Positions 22,808-36,000 of a stretch of 64,000 nt of DNA are shown here, piece by piece. Made by a program: the position numbers and the translations under genes. Origin of the DNA: Raillietiella orientalis (lineage: Eukaryota). The notes beneath the pieces are model-generated. The model was not told the DNA's origin. It was given only the letters and a program-made list of their open reading frames with translations, and ran no database searches. Position 1 is the first letter of the stretch, and every line of letters begins with the position of its first letter. The stretch is from contig JAYWIR010000008.1 in the NCBI GenBank assembly GCA_036172245.1, forward strand, positions 4,588,001-4,652,000, read 5' to 3'.

Positions 22808-25800
22808 CAGGAGCCACTTCGTTTCTTTCGAATGACTCCATGAGTCCATCACCTTTTCAGTTGCTGTTTGCATCTTCCACTTGGCTATGGCAGTATCGTT
22901 CACTGGTTTTGAATGATCTTCTCATATCGAGTTTTGCTTCACAACCATTGATAAGTGATCCCCATGACTCTGCAATGCATCATTTCAAGTTGTGCAGATT
23001 TCAATAGACATGAAAAACACAGCGTTAAACTTCCAGCACTCTTCGCTTGGCCTGCTATGAAGCTTATAAAATAACGCCACACGAGTTTCAAGTCTGGACA
23101 CTGAGAGCGGTGGGAAATTTTTTTTGCTACAGTGTCACCACGTGTCTCTCGAAAACATGCCGCGAGCCACACTTTTACACGCAGGGAACTCCCAAATCCG
23201 TGGTATTCATTCTTACTATCATTCTTATTATTTGCCTAATCATTCTTTTCGTTGCGTCAGCTTACTTGTGTGGATGCTCCCTGATTTCATCTCTTCGACC
23301 GTCAACTATCAAGTGAGGTATCACATTGACGTGAGCGAGGCTCGGAGTGAGAAGAGCAGTCACAGTTCGAAAAGGCTCTCGTGCACGCCCACCCAAGGCC
23401 CTCAGGTTTCTCCATCGCCGGCTGAATTTTTAGATACGAATTTTGGGGAGGGGGCAGCTCTGGAAATCCTGTTGCGAAAACACCATCTGACGGCCAAGAT
23501 CCGAATTAGAAAGCACTACCATTCCAAAAGTGGATGCCACTGCTGCATCGTCATCCGTACGCACATTCCAGGACTTTCTTCTCAAGTGACCAAGCCTTTG
23601 CTAGGTGGTTCCTTTTTGCTAGGTCGCTGCTCCTGAGGAGGTTCATTAGGTCGCTCTCAGGAGGCACACTGCAGGCAGAGTTACGCCACATTCGACGTTT
23701 CTCTTCATCCACTGGAGATCGTTCTAGAATACCTCATTAGAATAAGCATATCAAAACAGATGATACAGTGAACTCGCCAGCAGAATGCTCGAATTCTTCT
23801 CCGACGAGGTGGTCCCGTGCTTTCTTAGATACAGTTGTAACGTTCCACGTCCTGGTTCCAAAAAAGCTTTCGGTTCTGGTTCATTGATTAATGCAAAACG
23901 AACCACCTGCTGAAACATTCTTCGTAATCGTAAAAGAGAATGGTGGAGGTGCTCCGGCCATCTCATAACTTATGGGGTCAAATGTGCCTTCCCAGAATTT
24001 TTCAGCAGACCAAATGCATTTCCGAGTTAGCCTCCTTCTTCCTTTGCTGACCATCATATGTGTTGCCGATTTCCTTTGCGTGAGTTCTGGTGGGCTCAGC
24101 ACACTTCGAAACTGTTTTTTCGAGATGCTCCAAGGAATCAGGAAGAGCTTTAAGAAAACAAAACCCATGAACGTGCATGCGTGTCGAGCAAGATGGCGGA
24201 ACTTGGTCTCGTGGGGCAATCACCACGGCTTCCTCCGCAAGACTCGCCGTGTTTTGAGCAGACCCCCTCGAGACGTAAGCAATCACCAGTTGCAAAATCA
24301 TCGACGCCGGGGGTGAGAAGTGAGAAGCGGGTGGGCCTCTGGCAGAACATTCTGTCTGTTCGTTAAAAAGCGCCCATATTCACTCCCTCCTTCCATCATC
24401 CTTCCCGACAATAGGCGAAAAGCTCGGGAGGAAACTCGGACGGAGCGACCAAAGGGGAGGGTCATAAGCACGCGGTCTGATCCGAGCAGTTCTCCGAGTA
24501 TTCGTGGTCACCAAAACCCTGGAAACTGCCGGATGACTTCAAAATCTCAACTGGTCTGAAGGAGGCACACGTTTTCGGGGACGCAGGATCGGAGGTCAAA
24601 AGTCGAAAGGCACGCCCGCATGCGCGGAGTTGGCTTTCGCAGGCAACTTCCCCTTCGGGGAAGGGTGAAGTAATGGAGAGGGATTCCTGTCTCTGCGTCC
24701 CCTCGACCTTTCCCTACGTGGCGAATTTCTCCCGTTGAGCGCGCTCCGAACTGAAGGGATTGGTTTCCGGTGGTCGCTGTTGGAAGACAGTGCTTCCCAT
24801 CCCCAAGTGGGGAACCTGGTGAACGTGGAGGTTCGGCTGGAAGCAAACGGAACCTCGGAGACACATCCGTGGGAGTTTCTCATCCTCTCTCTTTTTCCAT
24901 TGTTCTTCCATTTTTTTCCCCGGAAAGCTCGCTTCAGACGCATAAGCGGGAACTTTTTATTGGGGAATTCAGATTTCGAGGGGAAGAGGGCTGAACAAGG
25001 CGAGTGGCCGGAGAAAGCACTCCTCTGCACTCCGCATCCACCGTTCTCTGAGCATTCGCTGGCAGGAAGGGTCCCTGGATGCAGCGGCTGACAGACTTCA
25101 CCAGCAGGGTGCACTTTCACTCCGGGAGCAAGTTTTAGGGTGGGAGTTCCACGCCATTTCCTCCCTCCCCCGAGGAGATTCGGAGCAGTTTCTTCCATCT
25201 CCGTGGAGGTTTCAGAGAGCTCCGGAACGCTTCTGCAGTCCGAGCCACGATCGGATCGCGCTGCCTCTGCCCGATTTGCCACGTGGTCCCGGTGTGGTCG
25301 TGCTCGCGTTTGAGGAGGATGAGTTTTCCTGAAGAGGAGAGGGGTAGGGGGAAACCCCGTGAAGGGAGAAGCCAAGGTTTGCGAGGGACGCTCCAGACCG
25401 CGCGCTCGCAAGGGGCAGCTCCAGCCCGGAGTGGGCCGCTCGAAGCGGCGGAGTCTCAGCTGGGTGAAGACGGGGCTGCCGTGTTTGTCGGAACCTTCAG
25501 GGACCCGACCCGTGGCTTCCGCGGCGAGCGAGAAGGAACGGAAGGATAGCGGAGAAACCCGACCTCCTTTCCTCTCTCTTGCTCTCTCTCCTTATCATTT
25601 GGTGTCCGTGATGGATTTTCTTGGCAGAGAGGCGATCGGCCGTCTCCGACTGCCGCACGCGCCGAAAGTGCTCGACCCCTTCCTCCCCCCTCCTTCCGGC
25701 GACCCAGTCCAAAGACGAAGCGAACGTGCAGTGACAAGCTCGGCTCAAATGCGGTCGTTTAGGCGCTTCGCCACGTTTCGCCCGTGGAATCGCCCGGAGC

Positions 25801-26924
25801 GGAAATTATGGTGAGAATTCTCGATGACCTCCGCCCAGCACATGCCCAACTCCCGTCAGCTCCGGCGTTGGATCTGGCGCGGCCGGCAAAAGAAAGGATC
25901 GTCTCCGGGGCAGCTGAGGTCCGATGCGCACCCCGGATGCTGAAGCATCCGCGTGCAGTGTATTCTCCTTCGATCCCGCCGGCATCATCGGCTGCAGAGT
26001 CCCTGCTCTTGGCCTTCCCTTGATTCTGTGACGAGGAGCCGTCCCACTCTTCGCTGGCATCTTAAGAAGAAAGGATCATTTTTTCTCCTTCATCCCTCCT
26101 CCCCCCTCCTCCTTCTTTCCTTTTTTTTAAAAATTAATCCTTTCAGCAGTTGGGATTCGACTCTCCTCCTGATGGGACCCACCCACCCACTGCTCGGGAT
26201 GGCTCCCTTTCCCGAGGCGAAAGAGAAGCTTTCCCTCGCCTGTCGATTGAGTGTGTTGCCCTCCGGAGTCCGCGTGGGAGCGGTCCGCTACGAACCTGCA
26301 ATCATCGCCGAGGGACAATCCCAAAGTCGTATTGAGACGCCTGCTCACGCGTGTCGCAACGTCGCCTGAGGCGGCGATCGGAGCTCCGCGCTGCCTCCAG
26401 CGGAGCTACGAAAAGATGGAGAGGTGCCGTCGTCGTTGCCTTTTTTCCTGAGGACCACGACGAGGTGGCCACAAATCTCACGGACCTGAGGAAGCAACGC
26501 GCCGGCATCCTGGAAAGGACACTGGGGACTCCAGAGAGGTTGCCGTGGTGCCCAAAGCGGGGAAAGAAAAAAAAAGAAAAATTCATCTTCGCTATTTTCC
26601 CAGAGCGGACCTTTGTCGGCAAGCAGCGTCTTTCGCCGGCGAGAATCGTCCGGGATTCGCGGTCCGGAGGCCCCGGGTGATGACGGGACTCTGCTCGGGC
26701 GACGAATCGCACGGACTTCGTGCTTCCTCTGGTCCAGTCAGGTCGACTCTGCGTTGCCAGCGGTCTCGTCTGTAGTCGATGGCGCCGCTTTCGCACCCAA
26801 AAGCCCTTTACTACTTCTGCACGTTGCCTGGGCCGTGCTGCCTGACTGGGAGAGCAGCAACCAATCCCGGTCCTGTTTTCCCTCTCAGAGAGCCTTGGAA
26901 GCCTGTCGCTCCTTCAACTCTTAA

Positions 26925-27510
26925 CGCTGTTCCACGCCACTCGAGGGTGCATGATGTGACTTCAAGCTATAGGGGGTACTCGGGGAGGGAACCGCCCTGT
27001 GGATCCACGAAGGGCTCCGGAGGAAGGTGTCCGTTCCTCTCACGCTTGGGAGGGAACCCGAAGGGATCACACCCTCGCCCTAGTTGTCTCCGAAGGGAAC
27101 TTCTTCCTTATTCCCTCCAGAGGGAACTCCCTGAGGGAACCTCTCCATTGTTTCTTCTCCGAAGAGAACCCGGAAAGGATCCGCTCCTGGGATTTCTTCT
27201 TCGGAGGGACCCTCCAGAAAGAATCCGCTCCCTGTTTCCTCCTCTGAAGGGAAACCCGATGGGACGCTTCCAGATCTCTCTGAAGGGAGCTCCTTAACAC
27301 TCTGGAGAGGCAACCCACGAGGGGGATATTAACCATCTCCATGGTACTCAAAGGAGGGTCCCGTCCCCCTTCGATGGCGGGAGGAGGGTTCCATTTCCAC
27401 AACCAGAGGGGAACACCGAAGATCCCCTGATTCTGGTATGGATCCCGGAGGGTCGACTTCCAACCTCGGCCAGTCAACGGGGAGTCATCCTGTTTGCACC
27501 AGTGCCGCAC
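26925..27510 (-). mobile_element. tRNA-SINE family copy A (head not visible)
   Basis: Collinear with 56420..56890; shares ACACTCTGGAGAGGCAAC (27297..27314), AACCATCTCCATGGTAC, CAGTCAACGG and CAGTGCCGCAC. Confidence 0.8.
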
Positions 27511-30500
27511 ACGGACTGTCCAGGAGAAAGTTTTCCAGTCAGTCAGAGGCGCCCTCCCCCTGGTCCGGGACGTCGTGCGGGAGAGACTCAAGGATGGAGC
27601 TTGAGGGGGAGAGGGGGAATTCTCCAGCCAACGAATGCCCGTCCAGGCTCAAGGAATGAATCAGCGAGCAGGAATCGCCTCTGGGACTCTCACAGGCGGT
27701 GAAGTGGGATGGCGATCCTGCTGCGGAGGAATGACCTTTTTTTTGTGTGTCTTTGACGTTTGGCGGTTTATTTGGTCCTTATTTTTAGAATAAATGCCCG
27801 GCGTGACCGGGCGAAATTCCCGAGGCAAAAGGCATGCAGCGAGAGCACCGGAGCAACGCACAGAACCTCCATTCCTTTATCATGTCTCTCAGCATCGCTG
27901 AGCTTAGCATCCCGGCATCTCCTCAAGAGAGGTTTCCTAGACATCCGGTTCTGCTTCCGCTTCCAGTGGTCAACAAACTGCTTCAACCTCCTCGAATCTC
28001 CATCCGAGGTATAATTCTGGCCCGTATGTGGCTCACTCTTTTCCTGTCCGCCCGCACACTCTCCCTTGGGAGTGTTTCTGTGGGAGAGCTCTTGGAGCGT
28101 GTACGAGCGTTCGTCTTGCATTCAGGGGACACCGCACCCCCCACCCTACGGTTTATCTTCTAAATAGACGTCCAGGTGAAGATCTTCCGCTACGGATGGA
28201 AGAGGCTACCGTCGCGCGGATTCGCATCTCCTGGCGCCCGAACGGGTTCTCCAGCGAGGCGGGCGTGAAAGGCGGGCCGACGCTCCGGGCATCCGTTGCA
28301 GCCGCGAGATCTTTCACGGCGCGGGAACGCGGCGCTCGGTACGAACTCCCTCGAAGAGAAGACCGGAGACGGAAGGAGCGATTCTTCCTCGTCTTTGCAA
28401 TTCGATCTTAGTTCGCCGTGGATGCTACGGGATGGCACTTCGAGGTGCCAAGGAACTCGGCAGCTTACGGGAGCGAAAGATGCCGACCTCTAGGGAACCA
28501 GTGGTCGGATTGCCAAAATGTCTTCTGCGATTTCGCGCGACGGCCTTTGTGTCGAGTCAGTCTCCGTCTCCAAGGAAGGCCCGCATCGATGCACCCATCC
28601 AGCACGACTCACGAAATGTCGGTGTGTGCCGTGGGGAACGAAATCAACGAGCAAATAAGAACGTGGCGCGTGGTCTGTTGCAGTCTGACATCCGAAGTCA
28701 GGAAATCCATGCGGTCGGCATCCATCCTCCTCTTCCCCTCTCCTGTCTGAGACAGCGTAGGTACTTGCTGAGTGAGGAGTGATCATCCCAGTGATGAAGG
28801 GACAGTTACAAATCTCCACCCATCCTGCATTCGTGAGGCCACACATCTAAGCTAAAGAGCCACTCTGAGTATTTAACAGCGATGCTTGGTAGAATATGTG
28901 CTCTTATGCCAACGAGAAGATTCAGTGGAAAGGTGCAGATTTGCTTCATATGAGAAAACAAGAAAATCCCTATTTCCACAACGCTGAATCTCTGGAGGAC
29001 GGGGGAATCATGAGGAGTAACAACATCACCGGTTGCATGTGGTCTGAGACGAGTGATGCAGGCGTTCCGTTGCTAAGCAGCGACTCTTCAAAAAAGTGCA
29101 TTGGCGTTTGCACTCTGCAAAAATGCCCCTTATCAATCCTTCTCTAAACACGGACGTGTCACTTTTGTGCACGTGTTTCCCATCTGGATGCCCGGACCGA
29201 GTAATCTTGGTGAACCCATCCGCTCATCCGTACCGTCTCCAATATCCTTCTTTTCTCTGGTGACCATCTTCAAAAACATAACAGCAAGTTCCTCAAAATG
29301 ATTAGCTTGGTCACGCGGGTTAAGGAAGAGTGTGCAAGAAAGAGTTTGCGGGCGGAATGATCGGATTCGTTTCTCCTCTGCATCAACTCCTTCGACATTC
29401 CATCGTGTTTACTGTTTGCTCTAAGAAGAGGACTTTGCATTCGACAACAAGCCGATCACCAAAGAGTTCAAGTAGAAAGAATGAAGGATTAATAAAAAAG
29501 AAGAATGGAGTGTCTGCTTGGAGACACGAGTCCTCATTCTGAGTGCATTTCGCTCAAGTGTGTCAGAGCTGGCAAAAGGAAATCAGGTTAAAATACATCC
29601 ATCGCAAGCTGCCAGCACACACACATTTGAATGGGGGGGAGGGGGGACAAAAATAAGAATACAAAAACGGCGAGAGCGTGGTAGTTCTGATGAAACACAA
29701 AACACACAATCCGAATGGACGGAACACTCCCGATTCTTAGCCTTAGCTATTCAGAAACAAACTTCTTTCACGGGCAGCCGGAAGTTGAAACCAACTCGAC
29801 GAGCACGAGAACATTCACTAGTAGTAGTTACTATGAAGATGTTTCCAGCGTTCATTGAAAATCGAATGGTTGCACTTGCACTTTGGTTGACCGGTGCCTC
29901 AGGTAGTTGAACTTCCCAAATGTACGCGAATGTGAAAACAGGGATACTAAAAAATACGCCCCTCCCAAGGGGAGACCCATGGCCTCGATTTCCACCGTTT
30001 CATCCAGAAAAGTACCGCCATACTTCACGATCTGTTCTGATGCTCTTTCTCGGCATTCGACAAATCGGACATCATTTTTATATTTTTCATAATCATGGGA
30101 ACGAATCAACCATTACTAATATTTCTATAAAAATTCAGTCTACTCAATGCGTTATATCTTTGGGCATACGAATGGAGGACTTTGTGGGAGTCACCGACTA
30201 GGCACTGGGAGTACACGGACGTTTCTGATCTCGAGAAGTAGTGTTTCGAGAGACGAATTTAAAAAAAAAGAAACAAGCTGTGCTTATATCCGCCCCGATA
30301 CGGTACTGGAGGATACGTATATATGTGCACGCGTACTACATACTATGCACATATGGGCGCCTAAATAAAGGGAGGGGGAGGAAACTTTGCACTCATCTTC
30401 TCTTTGGAAAAGCAGATAGGTATCTGACAGGCATTCAAGCAACAGGGATTTTTTTTTTTTTTTGCAGGCGCATCGGATTCCTCTCGTAATTTATTAAATT

Positions 30501-32159
30501 GGCTTCGTTTTTATTTCTTTTTGAAGCGATCTTACCGCAATAATCCTGGAAGACAAATCCATCTGTTCTTAGGAGGTTCCTTTCTCCTTGATGAAGTGCA
30601 GATGGTCTTGTGAAAAGCTGTTTACAGCTGTACCCGTCTTAAGAAATGGTCATAAATCGGAATTGATAGTGATCATCAGATGATTAGACCACCCTTCAAA
30701 CTGCTAGGAATCATCATGGCAGGAACTGGCAGTAAAACTTGTTTCCTTTGATGACGTTTGGCAAAAATAATCCACATAAAATATTTTTTTATCTTACCTC
30801 CGAAATCAACATAGGGTTGAGCTAGCAATAACGCATTTCTCGACTGGAAAACCTAATTACTATGCTTCTTGGAAAGGAAAGCTCAAGTCAGTGTCTATCA
30901 TAGCCAAATGTTTATTATTACTTCCTCATGGTCATCGGACCATGGACATGAGCTCACAACGAACACATGTTGTTAGGAAAAAATTTAATAAAAATGAGCC
31001 AAAGAAGCATTTCCTTTTTTCAAGAACCTGCGTGGAATTCGATGCTGATTCAGACTACAGTGCATCCTCAATCCCGTTATTTACTTTGTACTTGTAACAC
31101 GGTCTCTGTAGGAACTTGAGCAGTCGCGAAATTGTATATCGAAAGTGTATTCTAGGGACGAAGAAACACTGGTTATGTTGAGCTATGAGGACTCCCTACT
31201 CCTCACTTTAAATTTGAAAACAGACAGCCATTGTTCACACCCTATATCGAATATGGAAAGTTAGTGGCCAAAGGATCCGGTTATAATGCTTTCTTTGGAT
31301 TGCTGAGATTCTCTTGTGAATGAAACTTTGTTCGTCTTACCAAAATCAACATTCTGAAGGCTCATTTACTTTCCCCGAATCACGTTCCTATTGGTAACAA
31401 TCTCCTTGGACCAGTGGTTCCTGTTTCTTGGTTCGTATGGAAAAATGTTTACAGTTTCCCCTCGTTTTGGAAGTTTCTGCAGCGGTGTAGGCGTTGCTTG
31501 ATCTCTGAACGCTTCTGATCTGACGAGAAAAAGTTGCAGAGCACACGTTTGCAATGTTTGTCGGAATTTTAGGTCTAAGAATTCTGAAGACAGCATCCCA
31601 CGAAATTGTCTCGTTCCTTTTCTGGATCTGTTTTCCAGTAATAGTGCTGGCAAGCCCATAAACTACTTCCTGACAGAATTCATTTGCAAACTGGTTTTTT
31701 TTTTTTTTTCAAAGAAATACTAACCGGTGTGTTTTGGGATCAGGTGATGCCAAATTTTAAATTTCAGTCTTGCGGTTTCGTATCGAGCATCAAGAGCCTC
31801 GGATTCAAGGATACAAAAAAAAAAATAATAACTATAAACGATTATAAGTAGTCAACGATAAAAGTAATCAAAGCACGAAAAGCAACCAATTACTTATTAT
31901 CACCAAAGAAGAGGGAGAGAAATCAGATTCTCAACAAAAAATTTTAGGAGCTTACTACTTGCAGATTTTTTTGTTTCTCTCTCTCTCTCCCCCCCCCCTT
32001 TTGTTTCTGATATCTATTTTTTTTTTTTCAGTAAGCATTCATGTTTCGCTGATGTGTAGGAATATACCTATGTGTGCCGAAACCTAAACTAATGTCAACC
32101 TATGGGTGTTAACGAAGGATTCTTCGTCCGTCCTTTTTTTTTTTGCTTTTTCTTTTTTT

Positions 32160-32360
32160 TTTCTCCGGATGCACGTCGTCTGCAGACCTGAGATCCCCGC
32201 GTGCCTCGCGGTGGCAGATTCTTGGCGCTGCCTGCACGCGAGGTCCGACGTGCGCCTTCCCCGTCACAGGCGAATCCGCGCGCTGCGGAGCGCGGCCCGC
32301 GTGCACGGGAAACCTGCAGGGCCCGAAGCACGTCCCCCCCCCCCGTCTCCCACACCTCCC
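32160..32360. promoter_or_regulatory. CpG/GC-rich island, candidate promoter of the RhoGAP gene
   Basis: Short CpG-dense block flanked by poly-T tracts in AT-rich DNA, ~0.6 kb upstream of the first recognisable RhoGAP exon. Confidence 0.4.
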
Positions 32361-32953
32361 CCGTTTCTTGTTGTGGTTACGTCTCAAACCGCTGTTTTCC
32401 TTTTTTTCTCTTTTCCGCCTTTCCCCTCCCCCCACCACCACCACCAATGTTTTTCCCCATTTTTTGTTGTTGTTGTCGTATGCGTTTCCGAAAATCCGAT
32501 ATGTCATTTCGCTGACTGCCATAAAGTTTTCAGCAGTGATTTCAATTGAAATTTCATCAGAATGGCTGCAAGTTCGTTTTACGATTTAAATGTGTGTGGT
32601 ATTTTTTAGGAATTGCAAAGTGAAGCTGTTAGAACTGCAGCTGTTTGTTAAAGGAAGGGAAAAAAAAAACTTTATACGATATTTATAGCAACCACTTAAA
32701 GGTTCTATTAATAGAAAAGGAGTGTCCTTTCCTCATACAAATAAGTATATGGTTAATACTTAGTATGATGACAATAGTGTACGATAGTGTGTCAGTTTTA
32801 TTGAAGCAAATAGATAGCAATGATAAAGCCTCGAGGACTGTTTCATTGGCCGTGTAGAAAAACAAAAATTCCCACGATCAAAATGGTTTGAAACTTGTGT
32901 AAAATGTGACGTGATTGCATTGCATTTATTCACATTTCTGTCATAAGTACGAT

Positions 32954-33046
32954 ATGAAACGATCATCAGGTGGTGGATTGAGGTTTCCCCTTCTTGTGGA
33001 TTGTGCTCATTTTCATTATGATTATGTCAGCCTGCAGAATACACAG
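32954..33046 (+). CDS. ARHGAP32: RhoGAP coding exon 1
   Basis: MKRSSGGGLRFPLLVDCAHFHYDYVSLQNTQ; CAG|GTAATA donor. Confidence 0.8.
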
Positions 33047-36000
33047 GTAATACAAATTCATTCGAAAACATTATTCATAGCAAATCAAGAGCTTGTTGTA
33101 AGCCATTTGTTGTTGCACTTGATCTTGAGTTAAAGGACAAATTCAAACTCATTCAAGGCATTGAATACAGCTCTTCCAATGTTTTGAACTGCTTTCAGGT
33201 TTTTCATGCGATAATTGATTCAAATCAGTATTTGTTTCCTATGTTGTCAGATGCCAGACAGAAAAGAAAAACACTGACAAAGAAAAGATAGGACTTAAAT
33301 GTCTTGATGTGGATGAGGATTAAAACATTGTGGCCTTGTGGACTTTCATGCAGTGCTTCCTTACCCAAAATTAAACAATTCCGAATTATGAATGTTAAAT
33401 AATCGTGATATAAAAAATCAGTTTTGGTTTACAAGTTAGTTTAAGAACTGGATAATAAAATTCTTGCGATTTTTTTTCAACAAGGTGCATGTTGGGTTAT
33501 TTGGATAAGCTTCAATTGTATCTACCTAAATTTCAGTAGTGCACATTTAACAGTTGTACACAATGGTAAATTTGTTAAAAGTAATAAAACTATAACAATA
33601 TGTAAAGAGTACTGATGTGAAATATACGTGAAGCACTGGTGTAGGTGCATTCCAAAATTCAAGCCCATTTTTGGTTTTTGATTTGTTTCCAGTTCCTGGT
33701 GCCTTTGTTTTTCCCTTGAAGTAAACTTTTGACAGCTACTGCATTCCAAATTTTAACACAGCATTTAAAGTTGCATTGATTTTTTGGTTTTCTCCAAAAT
33801 TTTATCTGTGTGAAAGAATCATTTATAGCCATTAGATTTTGTTACTTTCATGACACATGCTGTCCTCTGTGATGCATGTTGTGCATCCATCAGTATGCTT
33901 TAAAAGTTATAAAAGGCGAAGTTTGAATGTTTGTATTATCGTTTTGTTGTAGAAAACTGTATTTCAAGAACTACGTTTGTTGCTAATTAACGTTTTGTTA
34001 AAACATATTAGGATTCATGATCATTTTTGGATTCTCATGCGAATTTTGTCATTAGATATAAGGATTTTTAATATTTACCAGTTCACATTGGTACTTTTCC
34101 TTTGATTCAAAAAATATTTCTTCAAACTTATTTTCGTCTTCTGTAGCTGTTAGTGTATTGGTTTTTCCACATGAAATTGTCATTTCATGTTTTGTTTTGT
34201 TTTGGTGTTGAAAGAAATTGTGTTAGCAAACTTTTCAGTTTCATAAGATTCATGAGAATTTAATGGAACATATAATCTTATTTCTTTGTAAAGTTGAATC
34301 TTGTTATCAAATCATATTGAATGATTACACCATATAACTTTATGCCAATCATTTATAATGGAGCATTCAAGTTATCTTATGTTGAGATTGATTCTTTTCA
34401 GGTACCATTTTCTGAGTTGTTTTTGAAAACTCATCAGTATTAATGTTATGTTCATTAATGATCTATTTATTATGTAGTGGTTAACTCTAGATGCAGAGAG
34501 CAAATAAGATGAAGTGACAATGGATTTAGTTTTTTCAGCATTTGAAAATTGACAAATTTTTTCGATTTTCTGCTTTCCAATTCTGTCAGGAGAAAACTGT
34601 GATAAACTATTCTCTTTTCAAGTACATTGGTGCAAATTATTTTTTCTCAAATGTTATTTGTCAGCCATGCACTGAAGTGTGTGTGAAGAAGTGCACCTGT
34701 TCCATAGTTTCTGTGTGCAAATTGATTATATGTGGTACCATGCATGGCAAATTAGAGATTATGATCTATGCTGTTGGTAGTTCAGTTCTTCCAGCAAAAA
34801 AAAGGGGGGGGGGTATTTGCTCAGATTATGATGAAAGTTTTCAGATAGATTCAGATAATTGAAAGATTGACTTGACTAAAGATTGAGTAATTGGTTCTTT
34901 GAAAACACTGTCATTCATCTGTCAGTTTCTTAGATGTTCCTTTGGAACCTTTTTTTCTTTGTAAACATCTCCTTGTTTCAGAGATGTTAGCAACAAAAGT
35001 GAAAGTTACTGAAATTGAAATTGAAAGTTACTGTAAATCTTGTATTATACAGTATGACTGATGGCACATTCTTATAAAATATGACATCCATTGTGTCTTT
35101 GAAGTTTTATTAAAAACAGGTTTATTTCACAGTCAGAAATTTCTGCTTCAAATGTTTTCAGATCATAATAATTTCTCCTTTATTTTCTATCAGTTTTCCC
35201 AAGTTGCTTTTGAGTAAGTCTGATTATAAAACTGTATGATATAATTTGTACCTAGGGAAGTTACTGCTATCAATGCAAATGTGTGTTGATTGTGGTTCTT
35301 CTCAATTGAATTTTCTTTTTAGATACGTCTTATATCAGAATTCAAAACTATTAAGAATGACAGAGCCCATGATAATAGTGAATGGGTTTTGGAAGTCAGC
35401 AACAAACAGAATTCTTGGAGAATCAAGCGTACTTTTGAACATTTCTGCAAACTGGACAATCAACTTCATTGTTGTGTCTATGATCGCAGAGTATCACATC
35501 TACAGCCAATGAGTCTCAATCAGATTGAACACAAGGTGATCTGCCTTTTAAATTTTACTCATTGATTTTTCTGAATTCTTGTTTGAAGGAATGTTTGACA
35601 GAACGAATCCACAATTATTTAATACGTTTAAATGAATTGTGCAGCGATCTGATTTGCTGTAGTTCAGTTCTCAATTGGTTGGAGATGGATAATAAAGGCC
35701 GACATCTTGTTGGCAGTGAAGGTAGTGATATCAACATCCCTGGAGTAGGTGCTGCCATTGTCATTCAAGATTTTGATGCCCAAGAAAGTGATGAGATATC
35801 ATTGAAGGTATCAGTGTAGTTATTAAAAACAATATTATTCCTTTGCAGGAAGGGGATTTGATATCAGTGCTGGATATGCCTCCACCTGAGGAATCTGTTT
35901 GGTGGAGAGGCAAAAATCAGTTTGAAGTTGGCTATTTCCCTTATGGTTGTGTGAGCTTTATCCGAGATGAGTTACCTAAAGAAGTGTTACCTTATCTGAA

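Noticed and set aside
29850..31660. Possible minus-strand gene (ORFs 29852..30109, 31366..31659; several CTTACC donor-like sites)
   Set aside because: No recognisable protein similarity and no consistent exon chain; a small gene or lncRNA cannot be excluded.
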